A stretch of 64,000 nucleotides of DNA from an uncultured virus (IMG/VR IMGVR_UViG_3300022928_000007) (IMGVR_UViG_3300022928_000007); one strand, 5' to 3'; numbered from the stretch's first letter, positions 42,009-52,093 are shown. Numbers and translations: made by a program. Notes: generated from the letters alone by a model not told the origin.

Positions 42009-42173
42009 TTGATTACTAAAGACCAAATTGAAATAGGTGATATAGTTGAATGGTTAGATTCAACATATATTGTAGTAGAAATTAAAACTAATGGTTTAAT
42101 TCTTAAACAAAACTTTAGTATAGGTGTTATTTTAAATAGTCCTGTTAATTTTAATGAGATAGTTAAAGTTTAG
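42009..42173 (+). CDS. Small hypothetical protein (54 aa), not in ORF track
   Basis: TTG start; ..DQIEIGDIVEWLDSTYIVVEIK..*; fills the gap. Confidence 0.45.
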   Translation: MITKDQIEIGDIVEWLDSTYIVVEIKTNGLILKQNFSIGVILNSPVNFNEIVKV

Positions 42174-42183
42174 TACCAAATAT

Positions 42184-42214
42184 TTTGTGTAAATGAAATA
42201 TTATTGTATCTTTG
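42184..42214 (+). promoter_or_regulatory. Bacteroidota-type sigma-A promoter
   Basis: TTTG (42184-87), 19 nt, TATCTTTG (42207-14). Confidence 0.75.
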
Positions 42215-42253
42215 TAGAACAATAAGGGTTTAACAATATAAAAAAGGAAAGAT

Positions 42254-42718
42254 ATGTATATTAAAGAGTATGACAACGTAATGGGTAAAGGGTTCTCAGT
42301 AGAGCAATCAGTTAATGGTAAAATGTGTAAATTCATGGTAAATGATAATGGATTTGATTCTGAAACTGAGTATGAGTACAGAGCAATCACTAAGTGTGTC
42401 GCAGGATTTCTAACAATTTCAGAGGGTAAAGGTAAACTTTCACAAATTGCCACTCGATGGGAAAAGAATCGACTACATACCCTTGAAGTAAAAAACCAAT
42501 ACGGTAACTATCAAACGGTATTGGCTATGAAAGCTAGTAAATTCTACATAATTGATAAAGTCATTATTGAGAATTTAACAGTTGGAGATATTCACTCTGG
42601 TTTTCCTAAGATGGCTGACTATAATCACTGGAAATCTATCGGTTCTAAAACGTGGGCTGACCCTGCTTACGGGGTGTTAGTGGACAGTTTTAAAAACATG
42701 ACTCTTAAAATGGTTTAA
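42254..42718 (+). CDS. Hypothetical (early-type) protein
   Basis: 154 aa between a promoter and a terminator. Confidence 0.65.
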   Translation: MYIKEYDNVMGKGFSVEQSVNGKMCKFMVNDNGFDSETEYEYRAITKCVAGFLTISEGKGKLSQIATRWEKNRLHTLEVKNQYGNYQTVLAMKASKFYIIDKVIIENLTVGDIHSGFPKMADYNHWKSIGSKTWADPAYGVLVDSFKNMTLKMV

Positions 42719-42723
42719 ACCAT

Positions 42724-42751
42724 AAAAAAACCCACCGATTGGTGGGTTTTT
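42724..42751. terminator. Bidirectional intrinsic terminator
   Basis: A-run, cccacc-gatt-ggtggg, T-run between convergent genes. Confidence 0.85.
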
Positions 42752-42770
42752 AATTTTATAATAATATAAT

Positions 42771-43637
42771 TTAGAAGTCCATATTATCGAATGGGTCTAA
42801 TAAACTTCTTTGTTTAAATCCTACACCACCCACATAAGTCTCTCTATTTTTAATTTGACTTCTGTAAAATTCTAACATTTTTTCTGCTACCTTTCTATCA
42901 TATTCTTTGTCATCAGTTTCAGGTACCATATCATCTATGTAGATAGACCCTCTAAAACGTCTTAAAGGTCCTCTGTAGTTATATATATCCATAATATCAC
43001 CTTCGTCCATTTCAAATTCAAAATCATCTACAGGGTACTTAATACCAACCTCTTCTTCTTCCTCATCTTCATCTTCTAATTGTTCAGAAACTACATTATT
43101 ATGGAAATCTATACCTTCTAAAGACTTAAAAAAGTCTATAAATTCTCCACGTTCATCATCCATCTTCATAATATACTCATCTGTTTCTCTATACGGTTGA
43201 AGTAAATCAGGGTTCTCACAATGAAAATCCACATGTGCTGCATAATCCTCCATTGTTACGACACCATCTTTATCTAAGTCAAAGTGTTTATAAAGTTCTT
43301 GAGGAGTTATAATACCATCATTATTTTCATCTGCGGAACCTTCATTTAAAGATTCAGTTTCATCTTCAATAACCATATCGGTCATATACTCTAACATCTT
43401 AGGACCATAAATGTCCATTAAACGATTAATAACTAATTTAGGATTTTTTCTCATATACCTTACTACATCGGCAGGTATCTCTCCACTATATTTTCCAAAC
43501 ACATTTTCCAACTCCGTTTCTCTTGGAGTTTTATTTATTTGAGGTTCTATAGTAAAATCTTCTCCCATAAGTTTTTTTTCTACGGCTTTTTGTATTATAT
43601 TTGTAAGCTCAGTTTCGGAAACGACAAGTTTTTTCAT
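42771..43637 (-). CDS. Acidic EF-hand protein
   Basis: Start MKKLVVSETEL; DENNDGIITPQE and DLDKDGVVTMED EF-hand loops. Confidence 0.7.
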   Translation of the reverse strand: MKKLVVSETELTNIIQKAVEKKLMGEDFTIEPQINKTPRETELENVFGKYSGEIPADVVRYMRKNPKLVINRLMDIYGPKMLEYMTDMVIEDETESLNEGSADENNDGIITPQELYKHFDLDKDGVVTMEDYAAHVDFHCENPDLLQPYRETDEYIMKMDDERGEFIDFFKSLEGIDFHNNVVSEQLEDEDEEEEEVGIKYPVDDFEFEMDEGDIMDIYNYRGPLRRFRGSIYIDDMVPETDDKEYDRKVAEKMLEFYRSQIKNRETYVGGVGFKQRSLLDPFDNMDF

Positions 43638-43688
43638 AATAATTTGTTTTTTCTTATAAATATAAATAGAATTAAAAAAAAAGTCCAA

Positions 43689-44282
43689 ATGGAAGAAAAG
43701 TCAAAACCTTATTTATTGTTCATCTTCGCAGAATTCACAGAAGGTTCAACAATATTACAAGACTTACCCTTACAACTAACACCGGTAAGTTCATCTAAAT
43801 ATTTTAAATATAATTACAATAATTCAAATGTAATTTGTAACTTTGAATCAAAATTACCGTTTAATGAGTTGAGGGAATTCATAGATAGTACAATTACACC
43901 AATTGTTGACCATTGGTATTTGATTGAACATTCTCAAAATATGGCTGTTCATCTTGAGAGTTCATTGAAATTAAATTTATTTGATTTAAACTCAAAAAAT
44001 GAAGAACCTGACATTATGACAGATAAAGCTGGTGAAGAAGAGATGTATAAGGTAATGGATTACTTTTTGAGTCAGTCAATGAAACAAATTGACCCTAAAG
44101 AATTGGATGAACTATTTTTAGAAAGTGAGGAAGACTCACTTATATCTAAACTGAAATTAAAAAAGAACTCTATCATTTCAAAACCAACTTTAGATAGTTT
44201 ACTTGAAAAGATAAAAGAAAATGGGATAGAAAAATTAACAAAATACGAAAAACAAATATTAGACGAATATGCGAGAAATTAA
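43689..44282 (+). CDS. Hypothetical protein with C-terminal DUF6576-like helix pair
   Basis: Start MEEKSK; LDSLLEKIKENGIEKLTKYEKQIL. Confidence 0.6.
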   Translation: MEEKSKPYLLFIFAEFTEGSTILQDLPLQLTPVSSSKYFKYNYNNSNVICNFESKLPFNELREFIDSTITPIVDHWYLIEHSQNMAVHLESSLKLNLFDLNSKNEEPDIMTDKAGEEEMYKVMDYFLSQSMKQIDPKELDELFLESEEDSLISKLKLKKNSIISKPTLDSLLEKIKENGIEKLTKYEKQILDEYARN

Positions 44283-45078
44283 AGAAAACAACAGTATGTA
44301 CACTTTAAATCAAGATGAGATTCAGATGTATCTTAAAGATTTGAGACAACTTGATGTAATGACACCTGACAGAGAAAAACAATTATCTGAGATTATGTGC
44401 TCAGATAATTGTACTGAGGAACAAAAAGAAAAGATTCATAAAGAACTTTTAGAAGGGAATCTTAGATTTGTTATCACAGTAGCCAAACAGTATCAAAACC
44501 AAGGTTTAGATATGTCTGACTTAATAGCTGAAGGTAATTTAGGTTTAATGAAGGCAATCAAAAATTTTGATTGGACAAAAAAACTAAGATTTATATCATA
44601 TGCTGTATGGTGGATTAAACAATCTATCTTACAATCATTGAATGAAAATTCACGAACGATACGTTTACCAGTTAATGTTGTACAGGATTTACATAAAGCT
44701 AAGAAATTGGCTCAAAAAACCAATACAGAATTGGACGATAAATACACCACCTTACCTAAGACAACATCAGTAGATAACTATATCAATGATGAAGGTGATA
44801 CCCTTATTGATTTAATTGAAAATAAAAATTCAGTACAACCTGATGAAGGGTTTAATACTGAGGGTGAACTAAAAAATAGATTATTAGGTATTATGTCAGT
44901 GCTTGATAATCGTGAAAGAATCATCGTAGAGGAGTATTACGGTTTAACGGGTACACCAAGAACACTTGAGGATATTGGTGGTGATTTTAGTCTCACAAAA
45001 GAAAGAGTTAGACAGATTAAAGAGAAGGCACTACGTAAATTACGTAACGAAAGCTCTACACTTTTTGATTATTTATAA
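44269..45078 (+). CDS. RNA polymerase sigma-70 factor (RpoD-like, lacking region 1.1)
   Basis: YLKDL, NLRFVITVAKQYQNQGL, DLIAEGNLGLMKA, FISYAVWWIKQSI, RTIRLPVN, TLEDIG..LTKERVRQIKEKALRKLR. Confidence 0.92.
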   Translation: MREIKENNSMYTLNQDEIQMYLKDLRQLDVMTPDREKQLSEIMCSDNCTEEQKEKIHKELLEGNLRFVITVAKQYQNQGLDMSDLIAEGNLGLMKAIKNFDWTKKLRFISYAVWWIKQSILQSLNENSRTIRLPVNVVQDLHKAKKLAQKTNTELDDKYTTLPKTTSVDNYINDEGDTLIDLIENKNSVQPDEGFNTEGELKNRLLGIMSVLDNRERIIVEEYYGLTGTPRTLEDIGGDFSLTKERVRQIKEKALRKLRNESSTLFDYL

Positions 45079-45115
45079 GAGTTTTAACTATTTATAGATA
45101 GTTAAGTTTTAAAAT

Positions 45116-46336
45116 ATGTCAGTATTCAACGGAATAAAAAAACGTATATTTCCCACTATAGTGGCACTCTCGGCTTTGTCGGTGAGTGCTTCTGCTGCAT
45201 TTTATTCAGTATCGGGTTTAAGTAAATTATTCGCGGGTGCGACCTTTGAAGTTATTATAATGGCAACTTCTTTAGAAGTGGCTAAATTAGTTATAGCATC
45301 TTTACTATATCAATATTGGGGTCAGTTAAATAAGTTACTAAAATTTTATTTAACATTGGCAACCATAATTTTAGTACTGATAACATCAGCAGGAATTTAC
45401 GGGTTTTTATCTGCAGCTTATCAAGAGACTGCAACTAAATCGGGTATTGTTGATAAACAAGTTGAGGTTTTAGAACTTAAAAAAGAACGATTTGTCGAAA
45501 ATAGAGAATATCTACTAACTGAAAAGAAAGAAATAGATAATAGTATTTCAAGTTTAAGAGATGGGTTATCTAATAATGTTATTCAATATAAGGATAGAGA
45601 AACAGGAGAAATAATTACAACAACATCATCAAGTACTAGAAGAGCATTACAAGGTCAATTAGAAAGTGCAATATCCCAAAGAGACGGAATCTCCATTAAG
45701 TTAGAAGCTACTACCGATTCTATTAATAAATTAGATATTAAAATATTAGATACTGAAAGTTCTGCTGACTTAGCTAGTGAGTTAGGTCCCTTAAAGTATT
45801 TAAGTGAATTAACTGACAAACCTATGAATAGTATAATCAATATTCTTCTATTGATTATAATTTTTGTTTTTGACCCATTAGCGATATCTTTAGTCATTGC
45901 TGCTAATTTTGCGTTTAACCAATTAAGGGGTAAAGATAAAAAAGAACTGATACAAGAAAGTGATAATGATATATCAAGAGGTGCTGGTAAAATAGAAAGA
46001 GAATTAATAAAAAGTGAACCAAAACCTCTACATGTTTCTGATGAATTATTAGATAAATTAGAAAAACATTTAAATTTAAATAATGAATCTAATGAAGAAA
46101 ATCATGTAAAAAAAGGTGAAAATGAAAAAAGTATTTCAGTAACTGATGATTTATTAAAAAAAATTAATAAATTATCTGAAGTGATTGATTTGGAAAGTGA
46201 CGATGAAGAACAATCAGAGAATATAGAAAAAAAAGAAAATACAGAGAAACCTAAAGTCACTCCACAACCTAATAAACGAATTCTAAAATATAGAAGGAGA
46301 GATGGAGGCCAAAATAGAGATACTGACCGACTTTAA
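45116..46336 (+). CDS. Multi-pass membrane protein with coiled coil
   Basis: Three N-terminal TM segments, heptad region, IIFVFDPLA TM, acidic tail. Confidence 0.65.
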   Translation: MSVFNGIKKRIFPTIVALSALSVSASAAFYSVSGLSKLFAGATFEVIIMATSLEVAKLVIASLLYQYWGQLNKLLKFYLTLATIILVLITSAGIYGFLSAAYQETATKSGIVDKQVEVLELKKERFVENREYLLTEKKEIDNSISSLRDGLSNNVIQYKDRETGEIITTTSSSTRRALQGQLESAISQRDGISIKLEATTDSINKLDIKILDTESSADLASELGPLKYLSELTDKPMNSIINILLLIIIFVFDPLAISLVIAANFAFNQLRGKDKKELIQESDNDISRGAGKIERELIKSEPKPLHVSDELLDKLEKHLNLNNESNEENHVKKGENEKSISVTDDLLKKINKLSEVIDLESDDEEQSENIEKKENTEKPKVTPQPNKRILKYRRRDGGQNRDTDRL

Positions 46337-46901
46337 ATCTGTTGGTAATTACAAAAATAAAAAACAAATACTTCTAACTCATACTGCACGTAATATTAAA
46401 GATTATATACGTGGTCTTAAGTATAGATTAAATGGTAATTATAAAAAGTTACCTCATTATATTATTTCAAGAGAGGGAGAAATATATCAAATTATACCAC
46501 CAGAAACTTACAGTAATTATATTGATATTAAGACATATAATAAGTCGGCAATTATAATATCATTAGAAAATTTAGGTTGGTTACGTAAAAACCCACTAAA
46601 GGGAGGTTATATTAACTGGATTGGTAATATTTATAAAGATAGGATATATGAAAGAAAATGGAGAGGATATTTTTTTTGGCAACCATATACTGAGATACAA
46701 ATGGATTCTTTGTCAAAATTAATAAAAAAACTTTGTGTGGACTTTAATATTCCTGAGACCTTTATAGGTCATAATGTTAAAGTGGATAAGATTGAAAAAT
46801 TTCACGGTATTGCTAGTTATAGTAACTATGATGCTGAAAGGACAGATTTAAATCCATCTTTCAACTTTGAAGAAATTATAAAAACAGTAGAAAATGAATA
46901 A
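46302..46901 (+). CDS. N-acetylmuramoyl-L-alanine amidase-like protein (putative endolysin)
   Basis: ILLTHT, PHYIISREGEIYQ, N..AI.ISLEN, YTEIQ..SL..L, IGHN, TD..P (Amidase_2 layout). Confidence 0.7.
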   Translation: MEAKIEILTDFKSVGNYKNKKQILLTHTARNIKDYIRGLKYRLNGNYKKLPHYIISREGEIYQIIPPETYSNYIDIKTYNKSAIIISLENLGWLRKNPLKGGYINWIGNIYKDRIYERKWRGYFFWQPYTEIQMDSLSKLIKKLCVDFNIPETFIGHNVKVDKIEKFHGIASYSNYDAERTDLNPSFNFEEIIKTVENE

Positions 46902-47475
46902 TCAATACGATGAATTAAAAAGCTTATTAGAGGCATCAAGAAATATGTTAGGTAAAAATGACTTGACAGAATCTAAAAACACTTTAATAACTAAAGGTTT
47001 AATAAAAGAACAAGAAGATGGTCCTATAGATATAGAGGCGGACTCTGAAGAAGAGATTGAGATTGAAACGACGCCCGAAGAAGATAAACAAAAATCTTAT
47101 AGAGTTTCTGGTGGACTAATAACCTTACATGGAAAAACTAAACAAGATTTAGAGTTATCAACGGATGAAAAAACTTCATATCAAGAGACTATGGATGAGT
47201 TTGTAAATGAAGTATCTGATTTATCTGATTTTGGAACTTTAAATGTTTACCCTAATAATGTTGACTGGTCAGGTAAAGTTATAGACTATGATGTTGAGTT
47301 TTACTTTTCAATAGGTGAAACTAACGGAGTATACATAAATGGAGATATGATTAAACTTGATGATGGATTAGTTGAATTAATAAATAAATTAACTTCTTAT
47401 TATGATAAGTTTAAGGCTAAATGGGCTAAAGTTTTATCACAAAGAAAGAAAACAAAAAATGTAGATGAAGTATAA
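46894..47475 (+). CDS. Acidic hypothetical protein
   Basis: 193 aa, translationally coupled to neighbours. Confidence 0.6.
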   Translation: MNNQYDELKSLLEASRNMLGKNDLTESKNTLITKGLIKEQEDGPIDIEADSEEEIEIETTPEEDKQKSYRVSGGLITLHGKTKQDLELSTDEKTSYQETMDEFVNEVSDLSDFGTLNVYPNNVDWSGKVIDYDVEFYFSIGETNGVYINGDMIKLDDGLVELINKLTSYYDKFKAKWAKVLSQRKKTKNVDEV

Positions 47476-48365
47476 TGATGACTTCGATTTTAAACATAAT
47501 AAGTAGTGTCTTTGGATTTATTAAAAAGAACCCTAAATTTTTCTTAGGTGTTCTTTTTGCGTTACTAATAGTTTTATTATTTAGACAATGTGAAAGTATT
47601 AAAACTTTAAAACATGAGATTGAAACTAAAGAGGTTGAATATAAAAATGAACAAAATAGATTCTTTAACAATATTCAAAATTTAAAAGACTCGGTTCAGT
47701 TCATTGAAGAAGACAATCTATATGTTAAGTCACTTTTGAGAGTTAAAGATGATGAGTTAAAAGTTTTAGATAGTAAATTAGAATCTGCTAGAGTAAACAT
47801 ACAACAGTTAGCTAATCAAATTGATGAGAACTCAGAAGTTAAAAACATTTATGTTACTGAAGTAAGTTCAGAATTGATTACTGACGATGTTATGACTCAA
47901 TTAAAGAAAGATAGTGTAGGTAATCTTTCGATTGGAATTAAAGATTCTAATCAAATATATAGTTTAGAAACGGAGAGTTGGTTTAAACTGGTACCTTTTC
48001 AGGATTCATTAAAATTACAATTAATTGATAAATTTGGATTTGGTAAATCGTCATTACTAAAACATAAATTAAATTTTTCTCTAACTTTATCTCAGATTGA
48101 GATGGAAAATGGACTTACTAGAGTATTAGTTCAACCAACAGACAATCAGGGTATACCTATTCCGCCAAGTATTCTTGAAATACCATTTATGAATGGTGTT
48201 GAATTCATGGATATAAAACCAAACATTATACCAACACCACCAGTTCGTAAAAGTAGAAGAGGTTTTGGAGTTTTAATTGGCCCATCATATGGTTTATATA
48301 GTATTGACGGCTCATTTCAACCAACATGGGGTATAGGAATAAGTGTAGGTTATAAAATTTTCTAA
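47475..48365 (+). CDS. Membrane-anchored coiled-coil protein with C-terminal amphipathic beta-hairpin (spanin-like candidate)
   Basis: N-terminal TM, heptads, ends GFGVLIGPSYG...WGIGISVGYKIF. Confidence 0.55.
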   Translation: MMTSILNIISSVFGFIKKNPKFFLGVLFALLIVLLFRQCESIKTLKHEIETKEVEYKNEQNRFFNNIQNLKDSVQFIEEDNLYVKSLLRVKDDELKVLDSKLESARVNIQQLANQIDENSEVKNIYVTEVSSELITDDVMTQLKKDSVGNLSIGIKDSNQIYSLETESWFKLVPFQDSLKLQLIDKFGFGKSSLLKHKLNFSLTLSQIEMENGLTRVLVQPTDNQGIPIPPSILEIPFMNGVEFMDIKPNIIPTPPVRKSRRGFGVLIGPSYGLYSIDGSFQPTWGIGISVGYKIF

Positions 48366-48376
48366 TATTTATTAGT

Positions 48377-48625
48377 ATGGCACTGACACAAGCAGATAAA
48401 AACGACATTGAGGTAATGATTAGAAAGGAAATTAAGAGTTTTCTTGAATCTACTACTATTAATCAATTTGAAAAGAAAATAATTGATAAAATACAAGATG
48501 AGATACGTAGAGGTAAAATAACTAAAGACGTTAGTGAAATTGTGGCTAAAGTCATGAAAGAATTTTATAAAATAATGTGGACTAGAAGAAGTTTTTGGGA
48601 GCCAACACTAAAAAATGTTAAGTAA
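48377..48625 (+). CDS. Hypothetical protein
   Basis: 82 aa; TATTTATT upstream. Confidence 0.6.
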   Translation: MALTQADKNDIEVMIRKEIKSFLESTTINQFEKKIIDKIQDEIRRGKITKDVSEIVAKVMKEFYKIMWTRRSFWEPTLKNVK

Positions 48626-49530
48626 TGGATAAAGTATCGACACAATTAAAAAAATCATTAGGGAAAGAGATGGCTAAATCTATGAGTGATAACTATAGTA
48701 GTCATGGTGATAGTGATTCTATTAGTGATTTTATGACCGCAACCGCGAAACTTAAAAAAGAAGTTCAAGAAGATGGGGAACAGGGATACTCACCTCAAAT
48801 AGGTAAAACAGACGGATTGACAAGTGATGTATTAACTAAGATACTAACTAAAATAGCTAAAGATTTAGATGATGAAATGGAATCAACTAAAGAAGAACCA
48901 AATGAAGCCATGGGTGCGGGTTCAGCTGGTGGGTATGTTGGACCATTATTTGGTAAAGTTGAAAAGAAAAAAATTAAAGAGGAAAAACTAAAAGGGGGGT
49001 TAGCTGATGGTATGAGTATTGAATCACTTGCTGACCATCATAATGTTGAAGTTGAAAAGGTAATTGACGCTTTAGAAATAGGTGTTAATGTAGAGTTAGA
49101 ACACACTACTGAAATGATGTTAGCATTTGAAATAGCTATGGACCATATCTATGAAGATTTAGATTACTATAATAAATTAGAAAAAATAGAATCTAAAGAG
49201 GCTACAACATCATCCTCCTCAGGACCATATGATGCTCCATTTGGGGGACCTAAAAGAGACCCATTAAAAATAGACACACCTAAAAGTGTTTATTCTAATT
49301 TAAGGTCAGTACAGGACAAAAACTTCCCAAAGTATGGAGGTAAAGGTGGTACATATGTTAAAATTAAAGATAAGTGTAAAAAATTCCCTTACTGTAATCA
49401 AGGTGATATAAATGCTTTAGAATTCTTTGAAAATAACATAGTAAAAGAAGCCATAAAACGAGTATCTCAAAAATATAACTTAGATAGTTCCTTTATAAAG
49501 GGGGTTATTATGGAGAAGTTAAATAAATAA
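48625..49530 (+). CDS. DUF5661-like domain protein
   Basis: LKGGLAD...G..VELEHT....A.EIAMDH..E...YY.KL. Confidence 0.65.
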   Translation: MDKVSTQLKKSLGKEMAKSMSDNYSSHGDSDSISDFMTATAKLKKEVQEDGEQGYSPQIGKTDGLTSDVLTKILTKIAKDLDDEMESTKEEPNEAMGAGSAGGYVGPLFGKVEKKKIKEEKLKGGLADGMSIESLADHHNVEVEKVIDALEIGVNVELEHTTEMMLAFEIAMDHIYEDLDYYNKLEKIESKEATTSSSSGPYDAPFGGPKRDPLKIDTPKSVYSNLRSVQDKNFPKYGGKGGTYVKIKDKCKKFPYCNQGDINALEFFENNIVKEAIKRVSQKYNLDSSFIKGVIMEKLNK

Positions 49531-49567
49531 TTGATACTTACTATATATTTATAATAAAAATACTGAT

Positions 49568-50653
49568 ATGAAAGATATTGAAAATATGATTGAAAACCTT
49601 GTTGAAAGAGTTCTAAGCGAGGAAGTCAATAAAAAAGTTAAAGATATTACTGAATCTGTTTCGGGTGAAATCGATGAAATGGAAGAGTATTACGAAGTAG
49701 CCAAAAATCGTAAAGAAGATAGAATGGCTAAAAAAGAAGAATCAAAAGAAGGAATGGGTAAAATGCCAGAATTAAGAGACAAATTCGATGGAAGAGACTC
49801 TAAGGTTGTTGGTGTCTATTCTGATATAGATAAGCAACGTGAGGAAATGGAAGAAGAGGAAGTTGAAGAAGGAAATAAATTTAGTGGTGCGAGAGCAGAG
49901 GCTATTAAAAATGGAGAAAAAGAGTTTACTGTTGATGGTGAAACTTACCCTGTTGAAGATGAAGAAGATGAGGTTAAAAGTGAATCTAAAAAACAGACTC
50001 TTCAATTAACTGAAGATGAAATGATTGAACTTATCCAAAGAATAGTAAAAGAACAAAAAATTGAAGGTATTTCATCTGAAAAAAAATCAATGAAAACTTC
50101 TAAAAAAGATAATGAAGATTACATTAAGTCCGTAACTAAAAAAATGACAGAATATCTTAAAGACGCTGATGAAGGAAAGTATGAAGCTAACCCTACAGAG
50201 TTCCCAAAAGGTAATGGAGATAGAAAAGATGATAAGATGATGTACACTGCCTCTAAAGGGGTTGAAGAGTATATAGACCAAATAGCACGTTCAGGGGGTA
50301 TGGAAAACTTAGACTACGACCAAATCAAACCTGACGAAGAATGGTTAGACCTTAACATACTTGGTTCGTCAGAAACAGGTAATAATCCTGAATGGGGCAA
50401 TGCGGTTAAAACAGACACAGGAGAAAAAGTTAAAGATAGAATGGATAAAAACGTTCTTGCTAAACTTAAGAAACAGTCATATAACAAAGCACCTCAACCT
50501 GTTACAGATTTTGCTGGTAAAAAAACACATGATGAAGACATGGCAGGTATTGAAGTAGCTGAATCAAAAACTGAAAACAAAAAGAAAGAAAAAGTAAATG
50601 AGGAAATTGATAAAATGAAAAAATTAATTTCTCACAATTACAAAACTCAGTAA
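49568..50653 (+). CDS. Acidic putative head/scaffold-associated protein
   Basis: Very E/K rich; EGNKF...EFTVDGETYPV, LQLTEDEMIELIQRIVKEQ, EEIDKMKKLI. Confidence 0.55.
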   Translation: MKDIENMIENLVERVLSEEVNKKVKDITESVSGEIDEMEEYYEVAKNRKEDRMAKKEESKEGMGKMPELRDKFDGRDSKVVGVYSDIDKQREEMEEEEVEEGNKFSGARAEAIKNGEKEFTVDGETYPVEDEEDEVKSESKKQTLQLTEDEMIELIQRIVKEQKIEGISSEKKSMKTSKKDNEDYIKSVTKKMTEYLKDADEGKYEANPTEFPKGNGDRKDDKMMYTASKGVEEYIDQIARSGGMENLDYDQIKPDEEWLDLNILGSSETGNNPEWGNAVKTDTGEKVKDRMDKNVLAKLKKQSYNKAPQPVTDFAGKKTHDEDMAGIEVAESKTENKKKEKVNEEIDKMKKLISHNYKTQ

Positions 50654-50697
50654 ACAATAAAACTTTATATTTTTTTGGTCCATTCTATATTTTTAAT

Positions 50698-51183
50698 ATG
50701 AAAAGATATAGTATGGACCAATTTTTTAACTGGCTATCTAAACCTATGAAAAAGGAGGATGTAGAAATATGGAATCGCGCCAACAATATTATTCCTGAAT
50801 ATTGTGATTTATTTGAGGACTTTAGTTTTTCCTTATTTTTTTTAGTTAGTACCACTTATTTAGGTTTTAGTCACGGTGAGAATAATATGACTAAAATTGG
50901 TGTAAGTAATGTTGAAAAAGTAAAACACTTTCAATGGTGTTGGAATAAGACTATCAAAAATTTTAATAAAGAAAATATAGTTTTCGACTTTAATAAAAGT
51001 GATTACGACTATTTCGAATCTTTCTATATGGAAGTATTTTATGACCAACGAGATGAAAAGGTGAGGGACACTATTGAAACTTTCCTAAAGGAGTTATTCA
51101 ATAGGAAAAGAGCGGTTACAAAATCTGATATGGAAATGTTTACTGATTTATATAAGACATTAGAACGTTCACTTAAAATATAA
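50698..51183 (+). CDS. Hypothetical protein
   Basis: 161-aa ORF. Confidence 0.6.
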   Translation: MKRYSMDQFFNWLSKPMKKEDVEIWNRANNIIPEYCDLFEDFSFSLFFLVSTTYLGFSHGENNMTKIGVSNVEKVKHFQWCWNKTIKNFNKENIVFDFNKSDYDYFESFYMEVFYDQRDEKVRDTIETFLKELFNRKRAVTKSDMEMFTDLYKTLERSLKI

Positions 51184-51262
51184 TTTTTTCCTTTTCTATT
51201 TACTATGAGCAATATAAAATTAACTTTTTACTAAAATAAACTAAAATAAGATTTTTAAAAAA

Positions 51263-51433
51263 ATGGAAACATTAGAAACAATTAAAGGACTAGTCGAAGA
51301 ACTTTCAGTGGACACTACTAAGTTCTATGGTGGTAACAAATCTGCCGGTGTAAGGGCTAGAAAAAGCGCACAACAACTAAAAGCACTTTTACAAGATTTA
51401 AGAAAAGAAATTTTGGAAGAAAAAAATAAGTAA
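51263..51433 (+). CDS. Histone H1-like (Hc1 family) small protein, not in ORF track
   Basis: METLETIKGLVEELSVDTTKFYGGNKSAGVRARKSAQQLKALLQDLRKEILEEKNK*; KF..GNK(S/A)AG.RARK is the Hc1-family signature. Confidence 0.8.
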   Translation: METLETIKGLVEELSVDTTKFYGGNKSAGVRARKSAQQLKALLQDLRKEILEEKNK

Positions 51434-51437
51434 GTCT

Positions 51438-51635
51438 ATGTTAGAGAATGTAATGACATATATCACTATTTTTACTGCGGTATTTTCAACATTATCACTA
51501 TTAAGATTAGCTATTAACTTTATTAGAGCTCTCCTCTCCAATCCACCTAAAAAGTTTGAGATTGGCGGGAGAGCAATAATATATTATGGTATTTGTTTAT
51601 CATATTTAATAACACTATCAATAATATCATTATGA
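51438..51635 (+). CDS. Small two-TM membrane protein
   Basis: Two hydrophobic segments. Confidence 0.55.
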   Translation: MLENVMTYITIFTAVFSTLSLLRLAINFIRALLSNPPKKFEIGGRAIIYYGICLSYLITLSIISL

Positions 51636-52093
51636 GTACATATTATAACTTTTTAGAAAAAATACATCCGTATTTAAAGTCAGTCAGAAAACTAAAGACT
51701 CACGTTAGTTATGATTTAATATTTTCAGATAGATGGTCAATACCTAAAAACAAGGCTAAAAATATTGAAATAGTTAAGAACGGTGTGGAAGCGGGGTATA
51801 TACAATTATCTTTTGTTTGTCCGATTAATCGTGATACGGTTGGTGAAGTTGAAAGTTTTATAGACGGTATTATTAAATCTAACCAAGAAAGAGAAGAGAA
51901 AGAAAAACTATTTAGGTCGAAAGTTCAAGAATTAAAAGGTATTTTTGAAAAACAAAAATTAGAAGATTTAAAAGGTTTAAAATTTGATGTTGATGAAATA
52001 ACTAGTTTAATAAATTCAAATGAAGGAGATATCGAATCAGGACATACAGAAGGAGCTGAAGTTACTACAGACGGAACGACTAAAGTCGATTAA
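51632..52093 (+). CDS. Hypothetical protein
   Basis: Start MSTYYN overlapping the upstream stop. Confidence 0.6.
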   Translation: MSTYYNFLEKIHPYLKSVRKLKTHVSYDLIFSDRWSIPKNKAKNIEIVKNGVEAGYIQLSFVCPINRDTVGEVESFIDGIIKSNQEREEKEKLFRSKVQELKGIFEKQKLEDLKGLKFDVDEITSLINSNEGDIESGHTEGAEVTTDGTTKVD

